Assembly: GCA_005793215.1 (NCBI GenBank) | Contig: SXPV01000071.1 | Coordinates: 1 to 52,538, forward strand | DNA: 52,538 nt | Direction: 5' to 3' | Origin: Actinomycetota bacterium | Lineage (GTDB): Bacteria > Actinomycetota > Acidimicrobiia > Acidimicrobiales > Ilumatobacteraceae | In this document: in pieces, positions 10,291 through 19,585 of the stretch | How positions within the stretch are numbered: the first letter of the stretch is position 1 | Layout: each line of letters opens with the position of its first letter | Program-made: the position numbers and the translations under genes | The notes under the pieces: model-generated | What the model was told of the DNA's origin: nothing | What the model saw: the letters and a program-made list of their open reading frames with translations, nothing else | Databases searched by the model: none

Positions 10291-11050
10291 GTTCGATGCA
10301 CGTTCACTGCCAGCAATCTGGACGCGTGAGCTCATCATCTTCAAGCGGTATTGGCCCGGAACTACCTTTACGGCAATTCTGGAGCCACTGATTTTCCTGT
10401 TTGCCATCGGCCTTGGTGTCGGCGCCTTCGTCGACGAAATTGACGGCATGAAGTACGTGGTGTTCGTCGGTACTGGTGCGGTGGCTACCGCGGTGTTGTT
10501 CAGTTCGGTCTTTCCCGGCATGTACAACACCTTCATTGCCCGAGTGTTTCAGAAGGTGTACGACGGGATTCTTTCGACACCCACGACGACGGCGGAGCTG
10601 ATGGTGGGTGAAGCCACGTGGATCGCAACTCGTACAGCGGTGTACGGCTCCGTGCCGATGTTGGCGACGATTCCTTTCGGTCTCTCACCGCGCTGGAGCA
10701 TGCTCCTCGTGCCATTGATCTGCTTCATCTCGGCGCTGGGACTCACATTCTTGGGTCAGTACATCTCCGGGGTGGTGAAGGTGATTGATTCGTTCTCGTA
10801 CTTTCAGTCGGCGTTGTTGACGCCTCTTTTGTTCGTTTCGGGAACGTATTTCCCCATTGACGGTTTGCCACGATGGGTCGGGACGATCAGCAATGTGAAC
10901 CCGGTGTATCACTGCATCGAATTGGTGCGTGATGCATGCTTCGGCACACTTTCTCTGGCTTCACTATGGCATGTATTGGCACTGGTGGTGTTTGCCGCGA
11001 TCACGGGCAAGTTGAGTGTTCGCGTGATGACCAAGCGATTGATTACGTAG
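10283..11050 (+). CDS. ABC-2 type transporter permease
   Basis: 255 aa, 6 predicted TM. 8-bp overlap with the preceding ATPase gene. Confidence 0.8.
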   Translation: MARFDARSLPAIWTRELIIFKRYWPGTTFTAILEPLIFLFAIGLGVGAFVDEIDGMKYVVFVGTGAVATAVLFSSVFPGMYNTFIARVFQKVYDGILSTPTTTAELMVGEATWIATRTAVYGSVPMLATIPFGLSPRWSMLLVPLICFISALGLTFLGQYISGVVKVIDSFSYFQSALLTPLLFVSGTYFPIDGLPRWVGTISNVNPVYHCIELVRDACFGTLSLASLWHVLALVVFAAITGKLSVRVMTKRLIT

Positions 11051-11108
11051 GGCGCCTCGCGACGCACACTGTTTCTGAATTGCAGGAGGACTGTGCCAGA
11101 CTCGGCTC

Positions 11109-12644
11109 GTGCCGAGGGCATTGCTCAGCGTTTATGACAAAACCGGCATCGTGGAGTTTGCGCGGTCGCTGCACGAACTCGGCTGGGAATTGCTCGCCAG
11201 CGGCGGCACGGCTCAAGCATTGCGCGATGCTTCGCTGCCCGTCGTCGACATCGCCGATGTAACGGGGTACCCAGCGATCCTCGGGCATCGTGTGGTGACG
11301 CTGCACCCGTCGGTGCACGGCGGCATTCTGGCCGACACAACGGATGCAACGCACCGCGCAGAATTAGAACGACACAACATCTCGCCGATTGATTTGGTGG
11401 CAGTGAGCCTGTATCCATTCGATACCAAACCAAGCATCGAGTTGATTGATATTGGCGGCCCGTCGCTGGTGCGTGGGGCGGCGAAGAACCATGCGCGTGT
11501 CGCAGTGGTGACTGATCGCGCACAATACGGCGAGGTGCTCGCCGAGTTGCGCGCATCTGGCGCCTTGAGTGCGGGCACTCGCCAGCAACTTGCCGCGCGT
11601 GCGTTTGCCGTGACCGCGGCCTATGACGCACAAGTTGCTGCATGGTTTGCGCGGGCAACTGGTGAAGGTTCAACCCTCGCTGCACAGCAAAACGAACAGC
11701 CTGACGCCTTGCCCGAACGGCTGACCCTGCGGTTGGAGCGCGAGGCAACATTGCGTTATGGCGAAAACCCACATCAACGTGGCGCAAGATATCGAATCAT
11801 CGGCGAGCGGAGTTGGTGGAGCAATGCCGAACAACTTGGCGGCAAGGAGATGTCCTATCTCAACGTATTCGATGCCGACGCTGCGTGGTCACTCGTGCAT
11901 CGATTTTCCGAACCTGCCGCCGTGGTCGTGAAGCACGCCAACCCATGTGGGTTGGCAGTTGCGCCCGATATCGAAACTGCATATAAGCGGGCCCACGAGT
12001 GCGACCCGATGAGTGCATTCGGTGGCATCGTCGGGCTGAATCGCCCGATGACCAAAGCTGCAGCACTGGCTCTGGTGGAGGTGTTTACCGAGGTAGTAGT
12101 TGCACCCGACTTCGAGCCGGCTGCGCTCGAGGTTTTGCTCACAAAAAGGAACCTACGAATTTTGCGCGCGCAACCACCGTTCAGGGACGGTTGGTCGTGG
12201 CGTGGTGTGGATGGTGCCGTGCTCCTGCAAGACCACGATGCACCGTCGGCCGATAGATCACAGTGGCGGGTGGTGAGCACGAAGCAGCCGACTGCCGCAC
12301 AGTTGCGCGATGCCGCGGTGGCATGGGTGACCTGTGCCGCGGTGAGTTCAAATGCCATCGTGTTGGCACGTGACAACTGCGCGGTTGGCATCGGCGCGGG
12401 TCAACAGAATCGAGTTGATGCTGCACGCATTGCTTGCACAAGAGCAGGCGAACGGGCCCAGGGGGCTGTGGCGGCGAGCGATGCGTTCTTCCCGTTCCGC
12501 GATGGCCCCGATGCGCTGGCTGCTGCTGGCGTTGTGGCCATCGTGCAGCCAGGCGGCAGTCAGCGTGATGACGAATCCATCGCGGTAGCCAATGAACACG
12601 GGATTGCAATGGTGTTTACCGACATTCGCCACTTCCGCCACTGA
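11109..12644 (+). CDS. purH: Bifunctional AICAR formyltransferase / IMP cyclohydrolase
   Basis: 511 aa. ALLSVYDKTG..LASGGTA..GGILA..IDLVAVSLYPF..RYGENPHQ..VVKHANPCG..SDAFFPF..QPGGSQRD are canonical PurH motifs. Confidence 0.95.
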   Translation: MPRALLSVYDKTGIVEFARSLHELGWELLASGGTAQALRDASLPVVDIADVTGYPAILGHRVVTLHPSVHGGILADTTDATHRAELERHNISPIDLVAVSLYPFDTKPSIELIDIGGPSLVRGAAKNHARVAVVTDRAQYGEVLAELRASGALSAGTRQQLAARAFAVTAAYDAQVAAWFARATGEGSTLAAQQNEQPDALPERLTLRLEREATLRYGENPHQRGARYRIIGERSWWSNAEQLGGKEMSYLNVFDADAAWSLVHRFSEPAAVVVKHANPCGLAVAPDIETAYKRAHECDPMSAFGGIVGLNRPMTKAAALALVEVFTEVVVAPDFEPAALEVLLTKRNLRILRAQPPFRDGWSWRGVDGAVLLQDHDAPSADRSQWRVVSTKQPTAAQLRDAAVAWVTCAAVSSNAIVLARDNCAVGIGAGQQNRVDAARIACTRAGERAQGAVAASDAFFPFRDGPDALAAAGVVAIVQPGGSQRDDESIAVANEHGIAMVFTDIRHFRH

Positions 12645-12697
12645 CTTTTTGTCAAGAATCAAAAGAGACGTTGGCGCCGCGAGAGTAGCGTCTGCCT

Positions 12698-14185
12698 ATG
12701 GACGAACTCTTTAGTCGCTTCGAGGGACTCACGTTCGACGACGTGGTCTTGGTACCTGGGTTCAGTGACGTGCTTCCCGACCAAGCCGATACTTCTACGA
12801 CGTTTGCCCGCGACATTGAGTTGAGCGTTCCCTTGGTGTCGGCGGCAATGGATCGTGTTACCGAAGCACGTTTGGCGATTGGAATGGCACGTTGTGGTGG
12901 CTTGGGCGTAGTGCACCGGAACCTGTCGATCGAAGATCAGGCATCAGAAGTGCAAAAGGTGAAGCGTTCACAGTCGGGAATGATCAGTGATCCCATCACA
13001 TTGCCTGCCACCGCCACATTGGACGACGCCGAACATTTGATGAATCGTTACAAGATTTCTGGAGTACCCATCACCGATAGCGAGGGTGTGCTCGTTGGAA
13101 TTCTGACCAATCGCGATGTTCGATTCTGCTCCGCCGATGACTACCGACGCCCAGTAAGTGAATTCATGACCAGTAACGAGTTGGTGACTGCACCCGAGGG
13201 CACCACCTTGGAGCAGGCAAAGGTGCTGCTGCAGAAGCATCGCATCGAGAAATTGCCACTCGTCGATGACAAAGGTCGGTTGCGCGGACTCATCACCGTG
13301 AAAGACATCATGAAGCGACAAGAGTTTCCCAACGCCACTCGTGACTCAGCGGGTCGCTTGCGAGTGGCCGCAGCGGTGGGTGTGGGCGAGGACCTCGAGC
13401 ATCGTGTCGAAGCACTGGTGCGAGTTGACACCGATGCAGTCGTGATTGACACAGCACACGGGAACTCCATGGGTGTTGTGAAGGCAATCGAACGCATCAA
13501 AGCAAGTTGGCCGAACTTGTCCGTCGTTGCAGGAAACGTGGTGGACGAGAGCGGTGTTGACACGCTGCACTCCGCCGGCGCGGACGCCGTGAAGATTGGT
13601 GTCGGGGCAGGATCCATCTGCACGACCCGCGTCATTGCGGGTGCCGGAATGCCGCAGCTGTCGGCAATTTGGTTTGCGTCGCGTCGCGCGCAACAACTTG
13701 GGATTCCTACCATCGCCGATGGCGGAGTCACATACTCAGGCGATTTGGTGAAGGCATTGGCGGCGGGTGCCAGCGTGGTGATGCTCGGCAGTTTGTTCGC
13801 AGGTACCGATGAAGCGCCCGGCGAGGTGGAACTCTTCGAAGGTCGTCGCTACAAGAGTTATCGCGGTATGGGTTCGCTCGGTGCGATGCAGGGACTCGGT
13901 TCGGATCGTTACGGCTCGGCACAGGGCGTCGGTGGAGCCGGAGGTCGCAACAAGTTGGTGCCGGAGGGCATCGAGGGACGCGTGGCGTATGCCGGCTCAC
14001 TTGCCGACGTGGTGTATCAATTGGTGGGCGGACTGCGATCGGGAATGGGGTACGTGGGAGCTGCGACGCTGCCCGAGCTGCACCGCCGAGCAAAGTTCAT
14101 GCGAGTAACGACTGCCGGTCGCGAAGAGAGTCACCCACACGACGTAACCATCACGCACGAGTCACCCAACTACCACCGTTCGTAG
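12698..14185 (+). CDS. guaB: IMP dehydrogenase
   Basis: 495 aa. LTFDDVVLVPG, CBS pair region, catalytic loop GVGAGSICTTRV, GGVTYSGD, YRGMGS. Confidence 0.95.
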   Translation: MDELFSRFEGLTFDDVVLVPGFSDVLPDQADTSTTFARDIELSVPLVSAAMDRVTEARLAIGMARCGGLGVVHRNLSIEDQASEVQKVKRSQSGMISDPITLPATATLDDAEHLMNRYKISGVPITDSEGVLVGILTNRDVRFCSADDYRRPVSEFMTSNELVTAPEGTTLEQAKVLLQKHRIEKLPLVDDKGRLRGLITVKDIMKRQEFPNATRDSAGRLRVAAAVGVGEDLEHRVEALVRVDTDAVVIDTAHGNSMGVVKAIERIKASWPNLSVVAGNVVDESGVDTLHSAGADAVKIGVGAGSICTTRVIAGAGMPQLSAIWFASRRAQQLGIPTIADGGVTYSGDLVKALAAGASVVMLGSLFAGTDEAPGEVELFEGRRYKSYRGMGSLGAMQGLGSDRYGSAQGVGGAGGRNKLVPEGIEGRVAYAGSLADVVYQLVGGLRSGMGYVGAATLPELHRRAKFMRVTTAGREESHPHDVTITHESPNYHRS

Positions 14186-14192
14186 CCACCGG

Positions 14193-14546
14193 CTACTTGA
14201 GTAGCGAAATCACTACCGAGGCGATGCTCGATGCCGTTGATACCGCCAGGATGAGGAGGGTCTTGTTGGAGCGAAGTCGTTCGTCGAGGGCGTCGAACCG
14301 CGCGTCAATTCGATCAAATCGCTTGTCAACTTGCTCGAATCGCTTGTCAACTTGCTCAAATCGCTTGTCGACTTGCTCGAACCGTTGGTCAAACGTGTTG
14401 TGAATGGCCTCGATCCGAATCAGCACGTTTGCAAAGTGTGCGTCGGTGATGCGACGCTCACGCTCAAGTTCATAACGAAGGTCGCTGACGGTAACGAGCC
14501 GGTCGTCAGCGACTCCCGTGGTGATGGTGCTTTCTGCCATGATCAT
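14193..14546 (-). CDS. Hypothetical tail-anchored coiled-coil protein with tandem KRFEQVD heptads
   Basis: Track ORF 14193-14582. Start placed at ATG 14546, which has an AGGAG about 9 nt upstream. Sequence ..FDQRFEQVDKRFEQVDKRFEQVDKRFDRIDARFDALDERL.., then a single C-terminal TM segment LLILAVSTASSIASVVISLL. Confidence 0.55.
   Translation of the reverse strand: MIMAESTITTGVADDRLVTVSDLRYELERERRITDAHFANVLIRIEAIHNTFDQRFEQVDKRFEQVDKRFEQVDKRFDRIDARFDALDERLRSNKTLLILAVSTASSIASVVISLLK
14317..14379. repeat. Three near-identical contiguous copies of a 21-bp unit (aatcgcttgtcaacttgctcg), flanked by degenerate copies from about 14296 to 14400
   Basis: Read directly from the sequence. Copies at 14317-14337, 14338-14358 and 14359-14379 differ at 1-2 positions. 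They are in frame and encode the KRFEQVD heptads of the minus-strand CDS. Confidence 0.9.
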
Positions 14547-14694
14547 TGACGTATCACTCCTGTGGGGTTTGTCAAGCAGCAAGGCTGCGACTGGTCGTGT
14601 TCACCATGGTGTGTGCATCAACCGCAGGGAGATGGAAAAAGTCTTGGCGCAGCGGGGCATGGCGCAGCCATGGGAACTGCTGAGGCGGGGTGAC

Positions 14695-16053
14695 TTATCT
14701 GTTGTCGGGGATCCAGTTGCCGTGGAAGCCGTTCGGTACGCGAACCGGTAGGTGCACCACCGCAACCGGGTCATCGGTGATCGCTTGTGCATCGAAGATC
14801 GCGAGATCCGAGGTGTCGTTCTGGGTGTCGTGACGCAGGGTCATGACCCAGCCGTCATCCTCGGACTTCGCGCCATCGCGCGCGACGAACACCGGCTCGC
14901 CGTATCCGTAGCGCGGCTGGTCGGTGCGACGTTGTACTGACCCGTTGTCCACGTCGGTCTTGATCAAGGTGTCTTGGGCAAAGCCAGTCCCGATTCCTGA
15001 CGAGTATCCGAAGCGGTAGCGGTGACCGATCAGCGACTCGTTGACTCTCGGGAACTCTTGCGGGTGGCCGTCGATGACGTGTTCCGTGGATCGGCCAGTC
15101 CTGGCGTTGAGGCGCCAGCGTGTGAGTACGGGATCACCTTCGTTCGGCCCGCGACGGTCGCGGTCAAAGACTCGCGGGTGTCGCACTGCGTCGAGCACCA
15201 CTTCGTCGCCGTCGTCGTACGCGTTCATCGGATGGAAGAAGTAGCACGGGTCGATCGACACCCACTTCATGTCGCTGGCCGCACCGTCGCGCGGCAGCAG
15301 GCCGATGCGTGCTTCGTAGTTGTGGTCCCAGAAGTACGGGAAGCGCACGCCTTTCATCGCGGAGTCGAGGTTGAAGACGCAGGGAAGATCGAAGACGAGC
15401 GCGTACTTCTCGGTGATGGCCATGTCGTGCAGCATCGGGCCGCCCGGCAACGGAATGTCGACGTGCTTTCGAACACGTCCGTCGGTGCCGACCACGAGGT
15501 ACTGCACCTGATTGCCCCACGCCCAGTAGTACGCCATCACGTGCAACTCGCCAGTCTTCGGATCGCGCTTCGGGTGCGCCGAGAACGCGTGCGGAAGGGT
15601 GCCGCCGAAATTCGACACACGAACCGTGTCGAGTTCGTAACTCAGTTCGACGGGTGCAGAGCCGCCCTCGACAATCGCGTAGGTGCGCCCGGCGTGCCCA
15701 ATCACACTGGTGTTCGCCGAGAACGAAGCATGGCCGTCCGGCCAGTCCGACGGCGGGGGAGTTCCGCCGAGCACGTCGCACACGTCCTTGGTGCGGACCC
15801 AACGGTTGCGGTACCACGCAGCCCGACCATCATCGACTCGCACTCCGTGCACCATGCCGTGACCCAAGAACCAGTGATACGACTTTTCATCGACGGTTCC
15901 GGCCGGATTCGGCCCGTTGCGCAAGTAACGGCCGGTGAGTTCCGTGGGAATCGTGCCCGTCACGCGCAGGTCAGTGACGGTGACCTCTTCGTGCACCGGT
16001 GCGAGATTGTTGGCGAGATATGGATTCGACGAATTGCGCTCGATCGTTGTCAC
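14695..16053 (-). CDS. Carotenoid cleavage oxygenase (CCD / lignostilbene dioxygenase) family protein, copy 2
   Basis: 452 aa. YLRNGPNP..YHWFLGHGMVHGVR, HDMAITEKYALVFD, FFHPMNAYDD, C-terminal VPNGFHGNW. AGGAGG ribosome-binding site upstream of GTG 16053. Confidence 0.85.
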   Translation of the reverse strand: MTTIERNSSNPYLANNLAPVHEEVTVTDLRVTGTIPTELTGRYLRNGPNPAGTVDEKSYHWFLGHGMVHGVRVDDGRAAWYRNRWVRTKDVCDVLGGTPPPSDWPDGHASFSANTSVIGHAGRTYAIVEGGSAPVELSYELDTVRVSNFGGTLPHAFSAHPKRDPKTGELHVMAYYWAWGNQVQYLVVGTDGRVRKHVDIPLPGGPMLHDMAITEKYALVFDLPCVFNLDSAMKGVRFPYFWDHNYEARIGLLPRDGAASDMKWVSIDPCYFFHPMNAYDDGDEVVLDAVRHPRVFDRDRRGPNEGDPVLTRWRLNARTGRSTEHVIDGHPQEFPRVNESLIGHRYRFGYSSGIGTGFAQDTLIKTDVDNGSVQRRTDQPRYGYGEPVFVARDGAKSEDDGWVMTLRHDTQNDTSDLAIFDAQAITDDPVAVVHLPVRVPNGFHGNWIPDNR

Positions 16054-16095
16054 GATTGCCTCCTAGTAGACATATCGTGAGCGTACTTGACGATG

Positions 16096-17793
16096 TCAAG
16101 TACGAAAGCCGCGGTATCCGTTCAGGGCCACGTCGGCGCACTGCTGGGCGTACGCAGGGAAGCCCGGCAGCGGCATGAAGACTCGCGGTTTGCCCGGCAC
16201 GTTGGTGCCGAGATACCACGAACTGCACGACTGGTACAGCGTCATTCCTGCAACCGTGTTTACGTGCTGCACCCACCGATCCTGCGCATCGGCGTCGGCC
16301 TCGATGGTCGGCGAGTGATTCACCTTCATCCAACTGATGCAGTCGGCAATCCATTCCACGTGGTGCTGAATGGACACGATCATGTTGGTGAGTACCGACG
16401 GACTTCCTGGCCCGGTGATGGTGAACAGGTTGGGAAACCCATGTACGGACAGCCCGAGGTAGTTCACCGGACCCGCCGACCATGCGTCACTGAGAGTCCG
16501 ACCATCCCTACCTGTGATGTCGATCTTGGAGATTGCGCCGGTCATGGCGTCGAACCCGGTGGCAAAGACGATCGAATCAAACTCGTGCTCGACACGTCGA
16601 CTCGATCCAGAGGTGCTCGACTTGTCATGGCTGGTCCCAGCGGCATTCTGCACGACGATGCCCTTCGCCGTAAACCGCTCGACTGGTTGTTCACGCAAGT
16701 CGATGAGTGACACATTTGGGCGATTGAACGTGTCGTAATACTCGGTGTCAACACACAGACGTTTGCAGCCGATGATGCTGTCAGGAGTGAGCTTTCGTGC
16801 CGTGTCGGGATCGTGCACCGTTGATCGAATCTTGTCGCGTACGAAGTCGGCGATGAGACGATTGGACTCCGGGTTGGTGAGCGCATCATTGAATGCGCCG
16901 AGAAAGAGCAATCCACCCTTTTGCCAGCGTGCTTCGAGGGCAGCCCGACGTTCGTCTTCGCTCACTTCGCATGCACCATGTGGTCCCGTTGGGGTATCAC
17001 CCCCGAGGGCCGCACGAGTGAGACTGTTCTTTCGGCGAAACTCGGCGTAGTTGGCCTTGATGTCGGCCACATACTCGGGTGAGAGTTGCTGGTTTCGTGC
17101 AGGAATGGAATATGCGGGCGTGCGTTGCATCACCGTGAGATGTGCTGCCTGCTTTGCGATGAGGGGGATGGACTGAATCCCCGATGACCCTGTGCCGAAC
17201 ACTGCAACGCGTTGACCCGTGAAATCCACTCCCTCGTGGGGCCACGCCCCGGTGTGATACGTCCGGCCCGCAAAGAGATGGTCATCGGGAAAGCGCGGAA
17301 TGTTCGCCGATGACAAACAGCCGGTTGCGAGTACGACGAATCGAGCCGTCAGAGCAACGTCCTGCTGGTGGTCTGGATCATCACTTGATCGAGTGGTGAC
17401 CTCCCAGATATCGCCATGCCATTGCAGCGAAGCAACAGTGGTATTGAACGAGATGTCGCGACGCAAATTGAAGCGGTCGGCCACATGTTCCGCGTAACGC
17501 AGAATCTCGGGTTGCGTGGCGTACTTCTCCGACCATTCCCATTCCTGCTGCAATTCGTCGGAGAATTGGTACGAGTATTCGAGGCTGGGCACGTCGCAAC
17601 GCGCGCCCGGATAGCGGGTCCAATACCACGTGCCACCCACGCCGCCGCCACGCTCGAAGACTCGGGCGGTGAATCCTGTCTGTCGGGCCCGATGCAACAT
17701 GTAGAGGCCCGCAAAGCCGGCACCGACAATCGCAACGTCAACGTCTGGAGACGATGGGGTGCTACTCGCTGTGTTGATGGACGCGGCTCCCAT
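16096..17793 (-). CDS. Baeyer-Villiger (type I flavin-dependent) monooxygenase
   Basis: Two Rossmann motifs (VAIVGAGFAG, VAVFGTGSSG) and the BVMO fingerprint FxGxxxHxxxWP present as FAGRTYHTGAWP. Start taken at ATG 17793; the track maximum is 17871. Confidence 0.9.
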   Translation of the reverse strand: MGAASINTASSTPSSPDVDVAIVGAGFAGLYMLHRARQTGFTARVFERGGGVGGTWYWTRYPGARCDVPSLEYSYQFSDELQQEWEWSEKYATQPEILRYAEHVADRFNLRRDISFNTTVASLQWHGDIWEVTTRSSDDPDHQQDVALTARFVVLATGCLSSANIPRFPDDHLFAGRTYHTGAWPHEGVDFTGQRVAVFGTGSSGIQSIPLIAKQAAHLTVMQRTPAYSIPARNQQLSPEYVADIKANYAEFRRKNSLTRAALGGDTPTGPHGACEVSEDERRAALEARWQKGGLLFLGAFNDALTNPESNRLIADFVRDKIRSTVHDPDTARKLTPDSIIGCKRLCVDTEYYDTFNRPNVSLIDLREQPVERFTAKGIVVQNAAGTSHDKSSTSGSSRRVEHEFDSIVFATGFDAMTGAISKIDITGRDGRTLSDAWSAGPVNYLGLSVHGFPNLFTITGPGSPSVLTNMIVSIQHHVEWIADCISWMKVNHSPTIEADADAQDRWVQHVNTVAGMTLYQSCSSWYLGTNVPGKPRVFMPLPGFPAYAQQCADVALNGYRGFRT

Positions 17794-17861
17794 GCGTACA
17801 TTGTTGCCGATTCGCACTACGGTGATGCAGCAGAAACCACAATGCCCATGATTGGAGCACA

Positions 17862-18500
17862 ATGACGACATCGAAGGCCAGTGAGCGATTGATCGATCAC
17901 ATGCGAGGTGTTCGATATGGCGAGGTGCTGCCGATTTTCCAACGGGATGATGGCTTGCACGCCGAGGTGTACGGCACCCAACTGTTGAACGATTGTCCGC
18001 AGGAGTTGTGGGAGAAGCTCGACCCGAAGGCCATCGCCGCCGAGTTGGGTGCGATGTTCGTCAAGATGAACGGCCCACGTCATTGGGTGTTGGACGGATT
18101 TGGCACCAAGGTCGCCCCGATGGAGCCCGTGTTACGGGAATTCGGCGGAATCCAGTTTCGCCGAATTGCGACCCTACCGCTTGGCGACAAACTCGGCAGT
18201 GGCCCGTACTCCGAAGTCAGCGTGAATCGTGGTGCAGTATTTTTCTGGGATGCCGGTAAGCCGGTGTTCGAACTGGTGAACCCGTCTGGCAAGAACTACG
18301 TCATGCAAGCGCTATGCAAGGGCGTGGATCCGTCGATGTCGGAGGAGTCGCTCGCATCGCTCGGCGATCGACTCGCGTTACCAACCGGTTGGTCGTATCG
18401 CACCCGCATACTCACCGAGGAATTGGTGATCGACACCACCGCATCACTCGCAACAGTGTTGCAAGACGAGTTCGAGAACTCCTACACATTGCCCAACTAG
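17862..18500 (+). CDS. Hypothetical protein, 212 aa, no family recognised
   Basis: Clean ORF with ATG start and coding-like composition, no TM segment or signal peptide. Divergent from the BVMO gene (68-bp spacer). Confidence 0.6.
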   Translation: MTTSKASERLIDHMRGVRYGEVLPIFQRDDGLHAEVYGTQLLNDCPQELWEKLDPKAIAAELGAMFVKMNGPRHWVLDGFGTKVAPMEPVLREFGGIQFRRIATLPLGDKLGSGPYSEVSVNRGAVFFWDAGKPVFELVNPSGKNYVMQALCKGVDPSMSEESLASLGDRLALPTGWSYRTRILTEELVIDTTASLATVLQDEFENSYTLPN

Positions 18501-18534
18501 CGACACGAGCGTTCGCTCGGCTGGTGGGAATTCG

Positions 18535-19584
18535 TCAGTCAAATGCCACGATGTGGCCGAGGCTCGGGTCGACCTTGCCCGCCACGAGATCGTCGTACAC
18601 GCCTGCGACTGCTTCGGCACCGCGAGTGTGGCGCATCGTCATCCATCGTGCGCTGCTGTCGATGAAGATTGCAAGGGCGTCGGAGATTCGCCGGTTGATT
18701 TCCTCGCGTCCCCACTCCTTGCCTCGTTTTGCGAGCTGAGAAGGCGCAAAGAAGAATTCTGGTCGCGGGGCAGGAATCGGAGTATTGCTTCGCTCGGCGT
18801 TCCAATGGGTGGCGCCGACGCTTGCTGAATGGGCAATGAGATCAGGCAACAGTGAATGAATCTTTCCAACGATGTTTTGATTTCCAGCCATGTCTACGAC
18901 GATCGATGATGTCTTTTCGATTGTGTCCAGATTGTCGTACGTGACTACTTGGTCGTATTCTCCGAGGCTCTCGGTGAACGTGGCGTTGCCAACCGAGGTG
19001 ATGCCTACTACATGAAGATTCGAGGATCGCTGTACGCAATGGGCAAGAGCAATCGACGTCTTGCTCGATGCGCTGGTAATGATGATCTGTTTGGCTCCGA
19101 AGTTCTGACGTTCTCGAATGAAGTCCTCGATCAAAAACGAGGTGAGAAACAGTCCACGCAGGATGAGGATCGCATCATCCTGTGGCGTGGATTCTGCTTT
19201 GTCGAAGCTCCGATAGGCCATCGCGTGTTTCTCCCGCCAGGGTGCAGCATCGATGAATCCACCTCGGGACGCCTGGGCGTGAACCACGTGGTGATCGCCG
19301 AGCGGATAGAAGCCGAAGTACCGCCCGCCTACGGGGACATCGTCGCAGCTGGATGCAGTCACGACACCGAAGCCCATCACCGGAAGACGTCCCCAGCCAT
19401 TTTCGGTGGGGAAGAAGCCCCAGTAGTCGAGCATGTCGCCGCTCAGGGCGTAACTCACGTTGTTGGAAGTAAGCGCTGCACTTTCCAGTCGCATCACTAT
19501 ATGACTGGTCGGCAACTCCTTTGGTGCTGATGATGGCACCAGTCGTGTACGTCGGATGTCCCGACGATCGATCTCGAGGTGCAC
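18535..19584 (-). CDS. DUF2855-like protein (MDR/alcohol-dehydrogenase-like fold, function unknown)
   Basis: ALTSNNVSYALSGDMLDYWGFFP..GWGRLPVMGFGVV..GGRYFGFYP resembles DUF2855 as I remember it. Start set at GTG 19584, 1 nt after the upstream gene stop; the track maximum is 19617. Confidence 0.55.
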   Translation of the reverse strand: MHLEIDRRDIRRTRLVPSSAPKELPTSHIVMRLESAALTSNNVSYALSGDMLDYWGFFPTENGWGRLPVMGFGVVTASSCDDVPVGGRYFGFYPLGDHHVVHAQASRGGFIDAAPWREKHAMAYRSFDKAESTPQDDAILILRGLFLTSFLIEDFIRERQNFGAKQIIITSASSKTSIALAHCVQRSSNLHVVGITSVGNATFTESLGEYDQVVTYDNLDTIEKTSSIVVDMAGNQNIVGKIHSLLPDLIAHSASVGATHWNAERSNTPIPAPRPEFFFAPSQLAKRGKEWGREEINRRISDALAIFIDSSARWMTMRHTRGAEAVAGVYDDLVAGKVDPSLGHIVAFD

Positions 19585-19585
19585 G

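Noticed and set aside
14296-14400. Possible CRISPR-like or minisatellite array
   Set aside because: The 21-bp units are contiguous with no spacers. They are in frame within a CDS and encode heptads, so this is a coding tandem repeat, not a CRISPR array.
15022-16080. 352-aa plus-strand ORF opposite CCD copy 2
   Set aside because: The minus-strand product has the CCD family motifs and a strong ribosome-binding site; the plus-strand translation has none. The same logic rejects 8556-9371 (opposite LLM), 19811-20581, 20379-21167 (opposite the hydrolase with GHSMGG), 22132-23082, 39541-40236, 41249-41863 and 25530-26702.
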